A stretch of 63,134 nucleotides of DNA, the filler included. It is 9 parts of 9 records of this genome, joined end to end, with 100 filler letters (N's around TTAATTAATTAA, not from the genome) between each part and the next. Parts side by side here need not be neighbours in the genome. Positions count along the whole stretch, not along the records: positions 16,788 to 22,442 come from SRR31147125_111774; positions 22,543 to 28,500 come from SRR31147125_111931; positions 28,601 to 35,634 come from SRR31147125_112066; 6 more parts are not named here. One strand, 5' to 3'. Shown one piece after another: positions 19,993 to 28,832 of this stretch. Positions within the stretch are counted from its first letter, which is position 1, and each line of letters starts with the position of its first letter. Position numbers and translations under genes: made by a program. Under the pieces are notes generated by a model. The model made no database searches and was not told the DNA's origin. It was given only the letters and a program-made list of their open reading frames with translations.

Positions 19993-21546
19993 TTATTGTG
20001 GATCGGCTTTTGCGTATGCCATTTTTTTGCACTCTTGTCTGTCAATTTTTCCGCTTGCGCTCTTTGGCAATGCGCGGACCGGAATAATGCCGGCCGGCTG
20101 TTGATGACGAGGGAGGTGAGCAGCACATTGTTGCTTTAGCGTTTCAGGTTCAAAATGCTCGTTTTTACAGACGATTATTGCCACCAACTTATTGCCGGTG
20201 ATCTCGTCCGGCAATCCAACGACTGCCGATTCCATAATTTCACCTGTACCGATCAGAAATTCTTCGATTTGCAGTGGATTGACCCGGTGGCCGCTAACCT
20301 TCAAGAGGTCATCCCGACGCCTCGTAACATAGAAGAATCCGTCGTGATCACGATATCCGATATCCCCTGTCCGATAACCGTATTCACTCAGCACTCTCTG
20401 CGTATCTTTCTGATCGTTCCAGTAACCCATCATTATGTTCGGCCCTTCCGCAACAAGTTCTCCCTCACTGCCGTCAGGCATTTCATTCATATTGTCGTCC
20501 CTGATACTTACCTTAACACCGTCGATCGGCTTACCAATGGATCCTATTTTCGAATCGTAGAATTCTGGCTGGAGATATGTCAAACGAGCTGCTGCCTCTG
20601 TCGCACCGTACATTATGAAGATCTGGGTGTTTTCGGGCAATGCTTTCCTTAAATCTTGTTTTAATGATGCCGCCATGTGTCCGCCTGCCTGGCTGCAGTA
20701 GCGCAAGGAAGTTAATTTTTCCCTGCTGCTCGCCAGCGGGGATCTATGCAGCAAATAGGCATATGTGGAAGGAACGCCCGAAAAGCCGGTAACATTCTCC
20801 TCAACCATTTGGTTCAGCACGTCAGCCGGATAGATAAAACGATTGTTGATGACGATGGTGCCTCCCGAGGCAATATGGGTGTTCAACAGTGACTTGCCCA
20901 TGACATAGAAAAAGGGAAGCACTACCATCTGAATATCATTATCCGTAAGACTCAGGGACTTACATATCGACAACGTATTCGATACGATGTTGCCGTGGCT
21001 CAGCATCACCCCCTTCGGCTCCCCTGTAGACCCTGAAGTGTAGATTATGCTCGCCAGATCCGTTTCCAATTCATACCGGCTGCCTGAGTAATCGCCATCA
21101 TCCGCCATAGTCGAAGGGAAGTAAGAGACGCTGACCGGTGCGGAGTGCCAATTCTGTTTTGCATCTCGAATGATCAGCAGTTTCAGATACGTTGCATCCA
21201 GCTGGACCGCTTTCAGCAGCCGCTCTGACTTAAAATTCAAAACCATCGCGACAGGTTTGAAGTCTTCCAGTAGAGATGAGAGCCCCTTGGGCTTCAGACC
21301 CGGGTTTAGAGGAACGGCCACAGCACCTGCTTTCAAGACCCCATAGTATGCAACAACATAATCAACGCTGTTTTCCAGAAGCAATGCGATCCTATCGCCG
21401 TATTGGATCCCGTGTTCAATCAAGTGTCTGGCCATGCAATTGGCCAGATAGTCTAACCTTTGATAATCTACCCTTTCGCTGTCATGCACAATGGCGATCT
21501 TGTCCGGATTCTTTTTTGCCGAGCGTTCAAGGAAATGATGTATCAT
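19993..21546 (-). CDS. AMP-dependent (adenylate-forming) acyl/aminoacyl-carrier-protein ligase
   Basis: IIYTSGSTGEPKGVMLSH, MYGATEA, YRTGDIG, PKSASGKIDR. The start could be 21630. Confidence 0.9.
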   Translation of the reverse strand: MIHHFLERSAKKNPDKIAIVHDSERVDYQRLDYLANCMARHLIEHGIQYGDRIALLLENSVDYVVAYYGVLKAGAVAVPLNPGLKPKGLSSLLEDFKPVAMVLNFKSERLLKAVQLDATYLKLLIIRDAKQNWHSAPVSVSYFPSTMADDGDYSGSRYELETDLASIIYTSGSTGEPKGVMLSHGNIVSNTLSICKSLSLTDNDIQMVVLPFFYVMGKSLLNTHIASGGTIVINNRFIYPADVLNQMVEENVTGFSGVPSTYAYLLHRSPLASSREKLTSLRYCSQAGGHMAASLKQDLRKALPENTQIFIMYGATEAAARLTYLQPEFYDSKIGSIGKPIDGVKVSIRDDNMNEMPDGSEGELVAEGPNIMMGYWNDQKDTQRVLSEYGYRTGDIGYRDHDGFFYVTRRRDDLLKVSGHRVNPLQIEEFLIGTGEIMESAVVGLPDEITGNKLVAIIVCKNEHFEPETLKQQCAAHLPRHQQPAGIIPVRALPKSASGKIDRQECKKMAYAKADPQ

Positions 21547-21659
21547 AGAGGGCAAACTGTCTTTAAACTGCGTTGGATTGGCTATTAAGGATATGCATGA
21601 TCCGTCACCTGTATAAACGGCTCTGAACAAAAACCCGTTTCAACCTCGAGTACCGTCAA

Positions 21660-21914
21660 TTATGAAGCCTTTTTCATTTTTTCTGCCAGGAATACATCGA
21701 TATTATTAATGGAGTCTAAATTCTCCGGAATCAGTTCATCATCCGCGATTTTAAGGCCGTATCGTTCCTCGATGAATGCAATAAGCTCAAGGATACCGGT
21801 TGAATCAATGATACCTTCATCGAGAAAGGATGTTCCATCGCTCAGCCCATCCGCATTTCCAAATAGAAAATTTTCAACAACAAATGATCGGATAACATCT
21901 TTTTTATCACTCAT
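21660..21914 (-). CDS. Acyl/peptidyl carrier protein (DltC-like)
   Basis: 84-aa acidic protein with GIIDSTGILELI phosphopantetheine site. Confidence 0.9.
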   Translation of the reverse strand: MSDKKDVIRSFVVENFLFGNADGLSDGTSFLDEGIIDSTGILELIAFIEERYGLKIADDELIPENLDSINNIDVFLAEKMKKAS

Positions 21915-22072
21915 TAAGTAACTCCTGTTTTCCTGGACACATTAAACGACCCTGGATCTTACACGATGCTCAAAGTATTTCTCTGTCCAGTTATTCTTAT
22001 TAGCTTTTTCGCTTTTCAGATCTAAAATCAGTAAAGTCAATAAGCTGAATAATTGTTCGAGGCGGCTTTCCG

Positions 22073-22442
22073 CTATATTTCATCTACCTCTGCCACCAGT
22101 TGAGGTTCCATGTGTAAGTATTCGGTTGTACGTCGTTTGGTGTCTATGTCATTGTAGACGCTTTGAACTTGTTCTACGGTCAATGAAACTGCTCCGGCTA
22201 TTTCATCTGGGCTGTATCCGTGGTTCTTCGCGTACAGGCAAAGATCCATGCGGTCATAAGGCAGTGAGAAGTAGAATTCATCCTGCCCCTGCGGCAAAGA
22301 GTATGTGTCTGTCGTTGGAGGACGTTTTCGAATTACTTCAGGGACGTCTAAATATTCAGCCAGCTGGTAAACCTGGGTTTTATATAGATGGGCAATCGGT
22401 TTAATATCGGCCGCACCATCGCCGAGCTTGACAAAGAAGCCC
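22073..22442 (-). CDS. NAD+ synthetase-like (NadE) amidoligase, C-terminal part
   Basis: GFFVKLGDGAADIKPIAHLYKTQVYQLAEYL...PPTTDTYSLPQ; 5' end cut by spacer. Confidence 0.85.
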
Positions 22443-22542
22443 NNNNNNNNNNNNNNNNNNNNNNNNNNNNNNNNNNNNNNNNNNNNTTAATTAATTAANN
22501 NNNNNNNNNNNNNNNNNNNNNNNNNNNNNNNNNNNNNNNNNN

Positions 22543-22600
22543 GCCAGCGCCTAAAGACGCTGGCTTTCACATATGTTCAAGCCGCTATTGCCATTGCTGC
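22543..22600 (-). mobile_element. Possible IS200/IS605-family subterminal hairpin remnant
   Basis: Minus strand GGCTTGAAC..GTGAAAGCCAGCGTCTTTAGGCGCTGGC resembles, from memory, the region downstream of tnpA in Firmicutes IS200-type elements. No tnpA is present. Confidence 0.4.
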
Positions 22601-22602
22601 TT

Positions 22603-22975
22603 TGGATAGGTTACACTAAACTGGACAGAAAAAATATGCAGCGGGCGTAAAGATGCGAATTTGGTTTATGATGCATTTGCATGAGTTCAAGTTTCTGTCG
22701 ATCAGATTCAAATGGTTCACACTGACCGTGGCGGCGAGTTTAACAACAAGTTGATTGATAATATGCTGGATACCTTCAAGATTAAGCGCACGCTTAGCCA
22801 AAGGGCTGTCCCTTAGATAATACTATGGTGGAATCCAACTTAAAAATCCTTAATGCAGAATTTATATATGGACTGAATTTTGAGAATCTTGACCAGCTGA
22901 AACTGGAGTTAATGGATTGCATAATTTGGTTTAACAACACTTGTATTCATACCTCCTTGGGCTATCTTGCCGAGG
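22603..22975 (+). pseudogene. Internally deleted IS3-family element (left-end-like sequence joined to a degraded integrase core)
   Basis: TG...ACACTAAACTGGACAG IR-like end, then HTDRGGEF...KGCP*DN..VES....K.E...WFNN..IHTSLGY with stops and frameshifts. Confidence 0.8.
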
Positions 22976-23049
22976 GGGTTTAATTTGAATGATACCAGTG
23001 GAGTATGTGAAAAAAATTTTCGGCATGCCCCTTTGGGTATCGACTTTAC

Positions 23050-23090
23050 CTCAGAATGACATACAAATGCGTTGTCGGGTAAGTGAAGGG
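23050..23090 (+). repeat. Dispersed intergenic repeat, copy 1
   Basis: CTCAGAATGACA-N6-TGCG-N-TG-N-CGGGTAAGTGAAGGG; same spacing as the copy at 24189. Confidence 0.8.
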
Positions 23091-23187
23091 TGGTGCCAAC
23101 TTAGCTGTGGCGGCGGTTGCGTAAATGTAATTAGCTGACATATAATAACAAGGTGAGACGGAAGCCGAGTTTGAAAGGAAGTACGGT

Positions 23188-24168
23188 ATGAGAGTTTTTA
23201 TCGTGGGCGGCACTGGATTTTTGGGGTATTTCTCGACGCTGGAGCTATTGCGGCGCGGTCATGAGGTGGCGGCAGTATCGCTGCCAGACATCGCGCTGGG
23301 CGACTGGTTTCCGGATGAAGTGGATGTAAAATACGGCAACGTGTTTGAGATGGACGAAACGGCGCTGAAGACGATGTTTGCGGGGTATGATGCGATGGTG
23401 TACGCCGTTGGGCCAGACGATCGCGTCACGCCAAAAGGGAGCGCATATGCGTTTTTCCACGAGCGTTTGGTGTCGGCATGCGGCAAAGTCGTCGCCGGTG
23501 CAAGGGAGGCGGGTGTGAGCAAGTGCGTTGTGTTGGGGTCGTATTTTGCGCACTTCGATCGTCTATGGCCGGAGCGCAAACTTGCGGCGCATCATCCGTA
23601 CATACGGTGCAGGATAGAGCAGGAAGAGCGCGTCATCGACGAGGGCTGCGGCAGTATGGACGTGATGGTTTTGCAGCTGCCGTATATTTTTGGCACCATG
23701 CCGGAGCGCGAACCGCTTTGGAAGGGTATATTGGTGAAGAGGCTTGTGAGAAGCAAGGTCGTGTTCTTTCCGAAAGGCGGCACGAATATGATCAGCGCTA
23801 CGCACGTTGGCGAGGCGGTGGCCGGTGCGGTCGAGGATGGGAGACACGGCAGGCGTTATATCATCGGCGACGTGAACATGACGTGGCGGCAGATGCTGCG
23901 GTTGATGCTTCGCGGGCTTGGCATGGGCGGCAAGATGATCGTGACGGTGCCCGGGTTTTTGATGGGATTTGCAGCGATGAAGATGAAGCGGAAGGAGCGG
24001 GCGCAGGGTGTTGAGTCTGGTCTTGATCCGTTACATTTGTTTCGCGATATCATGTGCCGTTTCATGTACTTTGATCCGTCAGCGTCGGCAAAGGCGCTGG
24101 GGTATGGCCGTGGCGGCATAGAGTACGCTATCGACGAGACGATGAGAGCGTGCTTGCGGAATATGTGA
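23188..24168 (+). CDS. NAD-dependent epimerase/dehydratase (dihydroflavonol-4-reductase-like extended SDR)
   Basis: VFIVGGTGFLG Rossmann motif; TATAAT at about 23142; AAAGGA RBS. Confidence 0.85.
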   Translation: MRVFIVGGTGFLGYFSTLELLRRGHEVAAVSLPDIALGDWFPDEVDVKYGNVFEMDETALKTMFAGYDAMVYAVGPDDRVTPKGSAYAFFHERLVSACGKVVAGAREAGVSKCVVLGSYFAHFDRLWPERKLAAHHPYIRCRIEQEERVIDEGCGSMDVMVLQLPYIFGTMPEREPLWKGILVKRLVRSKVVFFPKGGTNMISATHVGEAVAGAVEDGRHGRRYIIGDVNMTWRQMLRLMLRGLGMGGKMIVTVPGFLMGFAAMKMKRKERAQGVESGLDPLHLFRDIMCRFMYFDPSASAKALGYGRGGIEYAIDETMRACLRNM

Positions 24169-24188
24169 CGGGTGTCTGCTGGCGTCTT

Positions 24189-24229
24189 CTCAGAATGACA
24201 CTTTGTTGCGATGGCGGGTAAGTGAAGGG
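24189..24229 (+). repeat. Dispersed intergenic repeat, copy 2
   Basis: CTCAGAATGACACTTTGTTGCGATGGCGGGTAAGTGAAGGG. Confidence 0.8.
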
Positions 24230-24367
24230 CATGAGGTGTCATATAATAACAGGACAGCACTGCGATATACTGTCGGAGTACGGCAGACGCAGAAGGATTG
24301 TGTCGTCGGAATAATTTTTTTGTGCACGTAAAGACTATGTTACAATGGGTGAAAAGGAGGATAGCTT

Positions 24368-24555
24368 ATGCAGGCCATGATTGACAGGACGGGTGTATTG
24401 GATGTGAGATATGCGTGGGCGCATGTCCGGAGGTGTTTCGTATGGCGGATGACGGCAAGGCCGAGGTGATTGATATGGAGATACCGGGTGGCGCTGAAGA
24501 ATCTGCAAGCGATGCAGAAGACAGATGCCCCGTAAACGTGATCACGATACTTTAG
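24368..24555 (+). CDS. Mono-cluster ferredoxin (about 62 aa), one base missing near 24389; absent from the ORF track
   Basis: AGGAGG RBS then ATG. Restoring one G gives MQAMIDRDGCIGCEICVGACPEVFRMADDGKAEV...AEDRCPVNVITIL*. Confidence 0.85.
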
Positions 24556-24720
24556 CGCAGTTGCGCTTTTTGTGTTGGTGTATATGTGTCGTAAATATAA
24601 CCAAAACATAAACATGATGGTGTTGTGTGAACGCTTTCCCAAAAATGTATTAATTGCGAAAACGTCTTGTCGGGATATCACACAACACCAAAAGAATTAT
24701 GTTTGTATACTTACTATCGG

Positions 24721-25566
24721 TTAAAACAAGGTTTCAACGCCGTCCATCGTGCTTGTTCCTTGACCGCCTTGCAAAACAAACATGGTGGAACAGCCGCTGA
24801 CAAACGAAAAATCGCTAGGCGCTGACTTATAGATAGAGCTTGGTCTGCTGGTTGAGCCGTCCATTCCGACACCGATATCTTCGCCGTCGGTAAGCACTTT
24901 GATGACGGAGGTTGTGCCATCTTCAGCAGTGATGAAGTACTGACCCGCAAAACCGTCTTGATACTGAACATACTCTAGCATCAATGTTTCATTTCCGTCT
25001 TTTGTCCATACGCATGTCAGCGAATCTGTTTTATCGTCGTATTTTCCTTTTGCTGAATAAGCTTCGTCCTGCGTGCCTTTATATGACAAACTGAAGTCTT
25101 CGCCGCTGTATGTGATGTCTAGTCCATTCATGCCAAGCATATTCCCGGCCGCCTCACTGGCTGCTATATCGTCTGTAACCAATGTCAGCGCAATGGCCTC
25201 CAGATCGACCATCGACATGGCCAACAGCTCCATACCGGCAGTCATTGATAATTCCATATCGGATTCCATTTTTTCATTTAAGCTGTCGTAGCCCTTGCCT
25301 TTTGCATCCAAAAATCTGCCGTAGGATTCTCCGGGCGTTTTTCCCGTAGGCGCATTCTCATCATTATCAGAGGATATTTCGTCTGAATTTTCGATGTCAT
25401 CTGCGATGTTATTTTCTTCGATGCCTTGCATATCCTCAGTCATTTGTTCAACACCAACGCTTATTTCTTCCATAAACTTTTCTGCAGGCGTTTTTGCGCA
25501 CCCCGAAAGTATCAATGTAAAAAACATGATGGTTACCAATACTGTTAATAAAACTTTTTTGCTCAT
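24721..25566 (-). CDS. Hypothetical acidic lipoprotein
   Basis: Signal peptide with lipobox LSGC; AAGGAG RBS; no recognised domain. Confidence 0.7.
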   Translation of the reverse strand: MSKKVLLTVLVTIMFFTLILSGCAKTPAEKFMEEISVGVEQMTEDMQGIEENNIADDIENSDEISSDNDENAPTGKTPGESYGRFLDAKGKGYDSLNEKMESDMELSMTAGMELLAMSMVDLEAIALTLVTDDIAASEAAGNMLGMNGLDITYSGEDFSLSYKGTQDEAYSAKGKYDDKTDSLTCVWTKDGNETLMLEYVQYQDGFAGQYFITAEDGTTSVIKVLTDGEDIGVGMDGSTSRPSSIYKSAPSDFSFVSGCSTMFVLQGGQGTSTMDGVETLF

Positions 25567-25694
25567 ATACCTGTCTCCTTTTTGTCTCGTAGTTATTTTT
25601 GTAACTGCATTTTTAGTGCACGAAGAGAAGTATACACGATAACGTTAAGAATTGTAAATGGTTATCTGAACATTAATTAATAATATGTTTGCTC

Positions 25695-26063
25695 TCAATA
25701 GAGCGATTTGATTGTCGTAATAACGTCGTCCAATGAGAGCCCAAGTTCTTTATAATACGCGAGGTCTTTCGACATCTTTTTTCTGACTATTGTATTTCGC
25801 ATATCGACCAATTTTCGCGGTTCCAAGTCTGCAACAAAACAGCCGCGGCCGACCATCGTATAGATAAAGCCGGCGCGCTCCAGTTCTTCCCAGGCTTTTT
25901 TGACGGTGATGACGCTGACGCGCAGCTCTTTGGCGACTGTCCTTATGGGAGGCAGCGCAGCGTTGCGATATAGCTCACCTTTTATGATCTGGGCACTTAT
26001 TTGCTCAAAAATCTGCTGGTATATCGGTTTGTCGGAAGTGTTGAGTATTACAATGTCGATCAT
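25695..26063 (-). CDS. GntR-family regulator, YtrA subfamily
   Basis: PIYQQI, LPPIRTVAKELRVSVITVKKAWEELERAGFI..VGRGCFV; short C-terminal domain. Confidence 0.92.
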   Translation of the reverse strand: MIDIVILNTSDKPIYQQIFEQISAQIIKGELYRNAALPPIRTVAKELRVSVITVKKAWEELERAGFIYTMVGRGCFVADLEPRKLVDMRNTIVRKKMSKDLAYYKELGLSLDDVITTIKSLY

Positions 26064-26701
26064 ACATCCACCTTTTCGAATTGTTTGGCGGATAGTTTGT
26101 ATGATGCTATCGATGACAGTGCGAACACTGCGATTCCTGCAAAAAGGACTGGCATCTGACGCGTCATTTCTTTTGTTCCGTCGAGGTAGCTGCTAACCGC
26201 CGGTACAAACATGACAAGGCCTTCGACGACCACCATGAACACCAAAGCGGCTAACGTTGCTGTGACGATGGGTGCGGCAATCTTATATCCTGTTTTGTAG
26301 AACATAGGGAAGAATATGATGTTGAACAGCGCAAACATGACAAATGCCAGCCCAAAGAATGCGACGTTTGGGTCGAGAAAGAAGTTTTCGCTTTTGTATA
26401 TTGACAGGTTGATAATCGCGAAAACGACGGCGACCAGAATGTGCAGCAGCTCTATTGCGATGATTGAAACGACTCTCGCTTTGACGACGTCTCTTTTTCT
26501 TACCGGCAGCATTACCGAGAAGCCGATGTCGTTCTGCGACCTGGTGGACGTGCAGATATTGGGTATGGTCACGAACATGGCGTACATCAATGCGATAAAG
26601 TATAGCCAGCTGGGTATGAGGACTAGAGAGCTGATCAATGGGAAGATGAAGAATGCCGGACTTATTGCGAGTGCGAATTCTTTATAGAGTAGATTTTTCA
26701 T
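26060..26701 (-). CDS. ABC-2 type transporter permease
   Basis: Six TM helices, LPVRKRDVVKAR; overlaps both neighbours by 4 nt. Confidence 0.85.
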   Translation of the reverse strand: MKNLLYKEFALAISPAFFIFPLISSLVLIPSWLYFIALMYAMFVTIPNICTSTRSQNDIGFSVMLPVRKRDVVKARVVSIIAIELLHILVAVVFAIINLSIYKSENFFLDPNVAFFGLAFVMFALFNIIFFPMFYKTGYKIAAPIVTATLAALVFMVVVEGLVMFVPAVSSYLDGTKEMTRQMPVLFAGIAVFALSSIASYKLSAKQFEKVDV

Positions 26702-27549
26702 GATTGCGCCTCCTTTTTAGCATGATATATCATGATGTCCTCAAGATTTGGCGGCTCGGAACTGACGTCTATGCCCGCTTTTAAGTCCTGCGTTTTGATA
26801 AGCGCAGAAAAGCCGAACGCGTTCGTTTTGTAGGAGATGAGCGACGGCTTTAGCGACTCTAGCTGCGCCGATGTTCCTTTGACGATGCGGTATGAGGCGA
26901 GAAGGTCGTCTTTAGCTTGGCTGACGACTATCTTGCCGTTCTCGATATAAGTGATATAGTCCGCACACTTCTCTAGATCGCTTGTTATGTGGGTAGAGAA
27001 GAGTATGCTGCGCTGCCCGTCCTCGATCAGCTCCCAAAAAAGCTCTAGCAATTCGTCTCTTGCCACGGGGTCTAGCCCGCTGGTCGGTTCGTCAAGCAAA
27101 AAAAGCTTTGCATCGTGCGACAGAGCAAGCGCGAGTGAGTATTTTACCTTCATGCCGTCTGATAATTCTTCTATCTTCTTATCTTCGTCGAGACCAAACT
27201 TTTTGACGTAGCTTTGATAGACTGAATCGCTCCATGCGGAGTAGAACCTTTTGAACACATTGGTGACGGCACGAAGTTTTTTCTTTGCATAGTAGTCTAC
27301 GCCGCCGAACATAAAGCCGATCTCCTGTTTGAGAGCGATCTCGTTTTGAGAGAAGTCTTGCCCCAAAATGGTTACGTTGCCTTTGTCTTTTTGCACCATG
27401 TTCAAAATACATTTTAGCGTAGTTGTTTTACCAGCGCCATTTGAGCCGATAAACCCCATGATATAGCCTTTTTCCAACGTAAATGATACGTCTTTAAGAT
27501 GGAACTTATCGTATCTTTTGTTTAGATCTTTGACGGTCAATATGGACAT
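26698..27549 (-). CDS. ABC transporter ATP-binding protein (YtrB-like)
   Basis: GSNGAGKTT, LSDGMK, LLDEPTSGLDP, STH; AAGGAGG RBS before MSILTV. Confidence 0.93.
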   Translation of the reverse strand: MSILTVKDLNKRYDKFHLKDVSFTLEKGYIMGFIGSNGAGKTTTLKCILNMVQKDKGNVTILGQDFSQNEIALKQEIGFMFGGVDYYAKKKLRAVTNVFKRFYSAWSDSVYQSYVKKFGLDEDKKIEELSDGMKVKYSLALALSHDAKLFLLDEPTSGLDPVARDELLELFWELIEDGQRSILFSTHITSDLEKCADYITYIENGKIVVSQAKDDLLASYRIVKGTSAQLESLKPSLISYKTNAFGFSALIKTQDLKAGIDVSSEPPNLEDIMIYHAKKEAQS

Positions 27550-27569
27550 GTGCTTTGGCCTCCTTAATA

Positions 27570-27620
27570 ATTGTGCATATAATACATGCACAATATACAC
27601 CGTTTTGGCGAGTGTGTCAA
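27570..27620 (-). promoter_or_regulatory. sigmaA promoter overlapped by a palindromic operator (likely YtrA site)
   Basis: TTGACA (27620-27615), 17-bp spacer, TATATT (27597-27592); inverted repeat ATTGTGCAT-N7-ATGCACAAT at 27570-27594. Confidence 0.75.
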
Positions 27621-27912
27621 GAAGGAAAAGGAAAAAGGCGGCGAAAAATTACACTTATTGAGGGCTGGGAAAATATTGAGCGATTGTGAGTGGTTTTTTG
27701 TGGTAGTGTAAAATATCGAGAGAGATGAAAATAGAGAGGAGGATGTGCTGCGAAAGTTCACGGCGCTTTATTGCTGGGCGGATGAAACGCGGTGTTGGTG
27801 CGCGGGCGTGGCGGGAAGTTGAAGTGCTTAGGTGTTCGAGTTACGCTGGTTTTGTAGCGAACGGCAATGAATGACAAAATATGGCGGTGCGGGAATAGGA
27901 GTTTTTAGCGGA

Positions 27913-27979
27913 AGATTCTTCGGTCACCGCGTTTCCTCAGAATGACAACAATGCAGAGGTTGGGTGAATATGTGAAGGG
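27913..27979 (+). repeat. Dispersed intergenic repeat, copy 3 (with REP-like AGATTCTTCG arm)
   Basis: AGATTCTTCG...CTCAGAATGACA...TGGGTGAATATGTGAAGGG. Confidence 0.7.
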
Positions 27980-28050
27980 TAGAGTACCACTGAATATGAC
28001 GGTGAATTTATGGATAATAGGAAAGAAGCGTTGAGAAAGGGGCAGATGAG

Positions 28051-28500
28051 ATGAGCGGAGAAGAGAAGGTATTGACGGCGGCGTTTGGCAAGCCGACGTG
28101 CAAGCAGAAGCGATTTTTGACGGCGGCGACGCGGTATGTGGGATATGGCGGGGCAAAGGGCGGCGGCAAGTCGCACGCGATTCGTGCCAAGGCGACGTAT
28201 CTGGCGTTTGCGTACCCCGGCATACAGATGATGATCGTGCGGCGCACGTTGCCTGAGTTGCGAGAGAACCACACAAAGCGGCTGATGAACGCGTACAATG
28301 CGTTTCCGGATGGGCTACGCCCGTCGTACAACGACAAGGAAAAGGCGTTCGTATTTCCGTTTGGGTCGCGGATAAAGCTGGGGTACTGCAAGTTTGAGAG
28401 CGACGTGCTGCAGTATCAGGGGCAAGAGTGCGACGTGTTGTTTCTAGATGAGGCGACACAACTGACGGAATACCAGTTTAACTGGCTGGATGCGTGCGTG
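28051..28500 (+). CDS. terL: Phage terminase large subunit, N-terminal ATPase domain (3'-truncated)
   Basis: Walker A YGGAKGGGKS, RRTLPELRENH, YQGQECDVLFLDEATQ (Walker B). Confidence 0.9.
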
Positions 28501-28832
28501 NNNNNNNNNNNNNNNNNNNNNNNNNNNNNNNNNNNNNNNNNNNNTTAATTAATTAANNNNNNNNNNNNNNNNNNNNNNNNNNNNNNNNNNNNNNNNNNNN
28601 ACGGTGGCTCTGGCTCCGGTGAATATCTGTTCAGGTACTTATCCATTCATTCAGAAGTCAACATACAGGTTTTTATTTAACTTTTCCAGTGAAGTGATGG
28701 AGATAATATTATGGTTTGGCATCCTTCAAATCTCCCGGAACAGTCATTACATTACCGGGAGAGAGCCTTTGAAAAAGGGGCGTCTAGAGCGTAAAAATTC
28801 GCTGTGAAGGGTGCCAAAAGGTACGGACTTCT

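Noticed and set aside
27735..27822. Short ORF (MLRKFTALYCW...) after a GAGGAGG RBS upstream of terL, considered as a terminase small subunit
   Set aside because: It is only about 25 codons with no HTH or TerS features. It may be a decayed gene start but cannot be supported as a feature.
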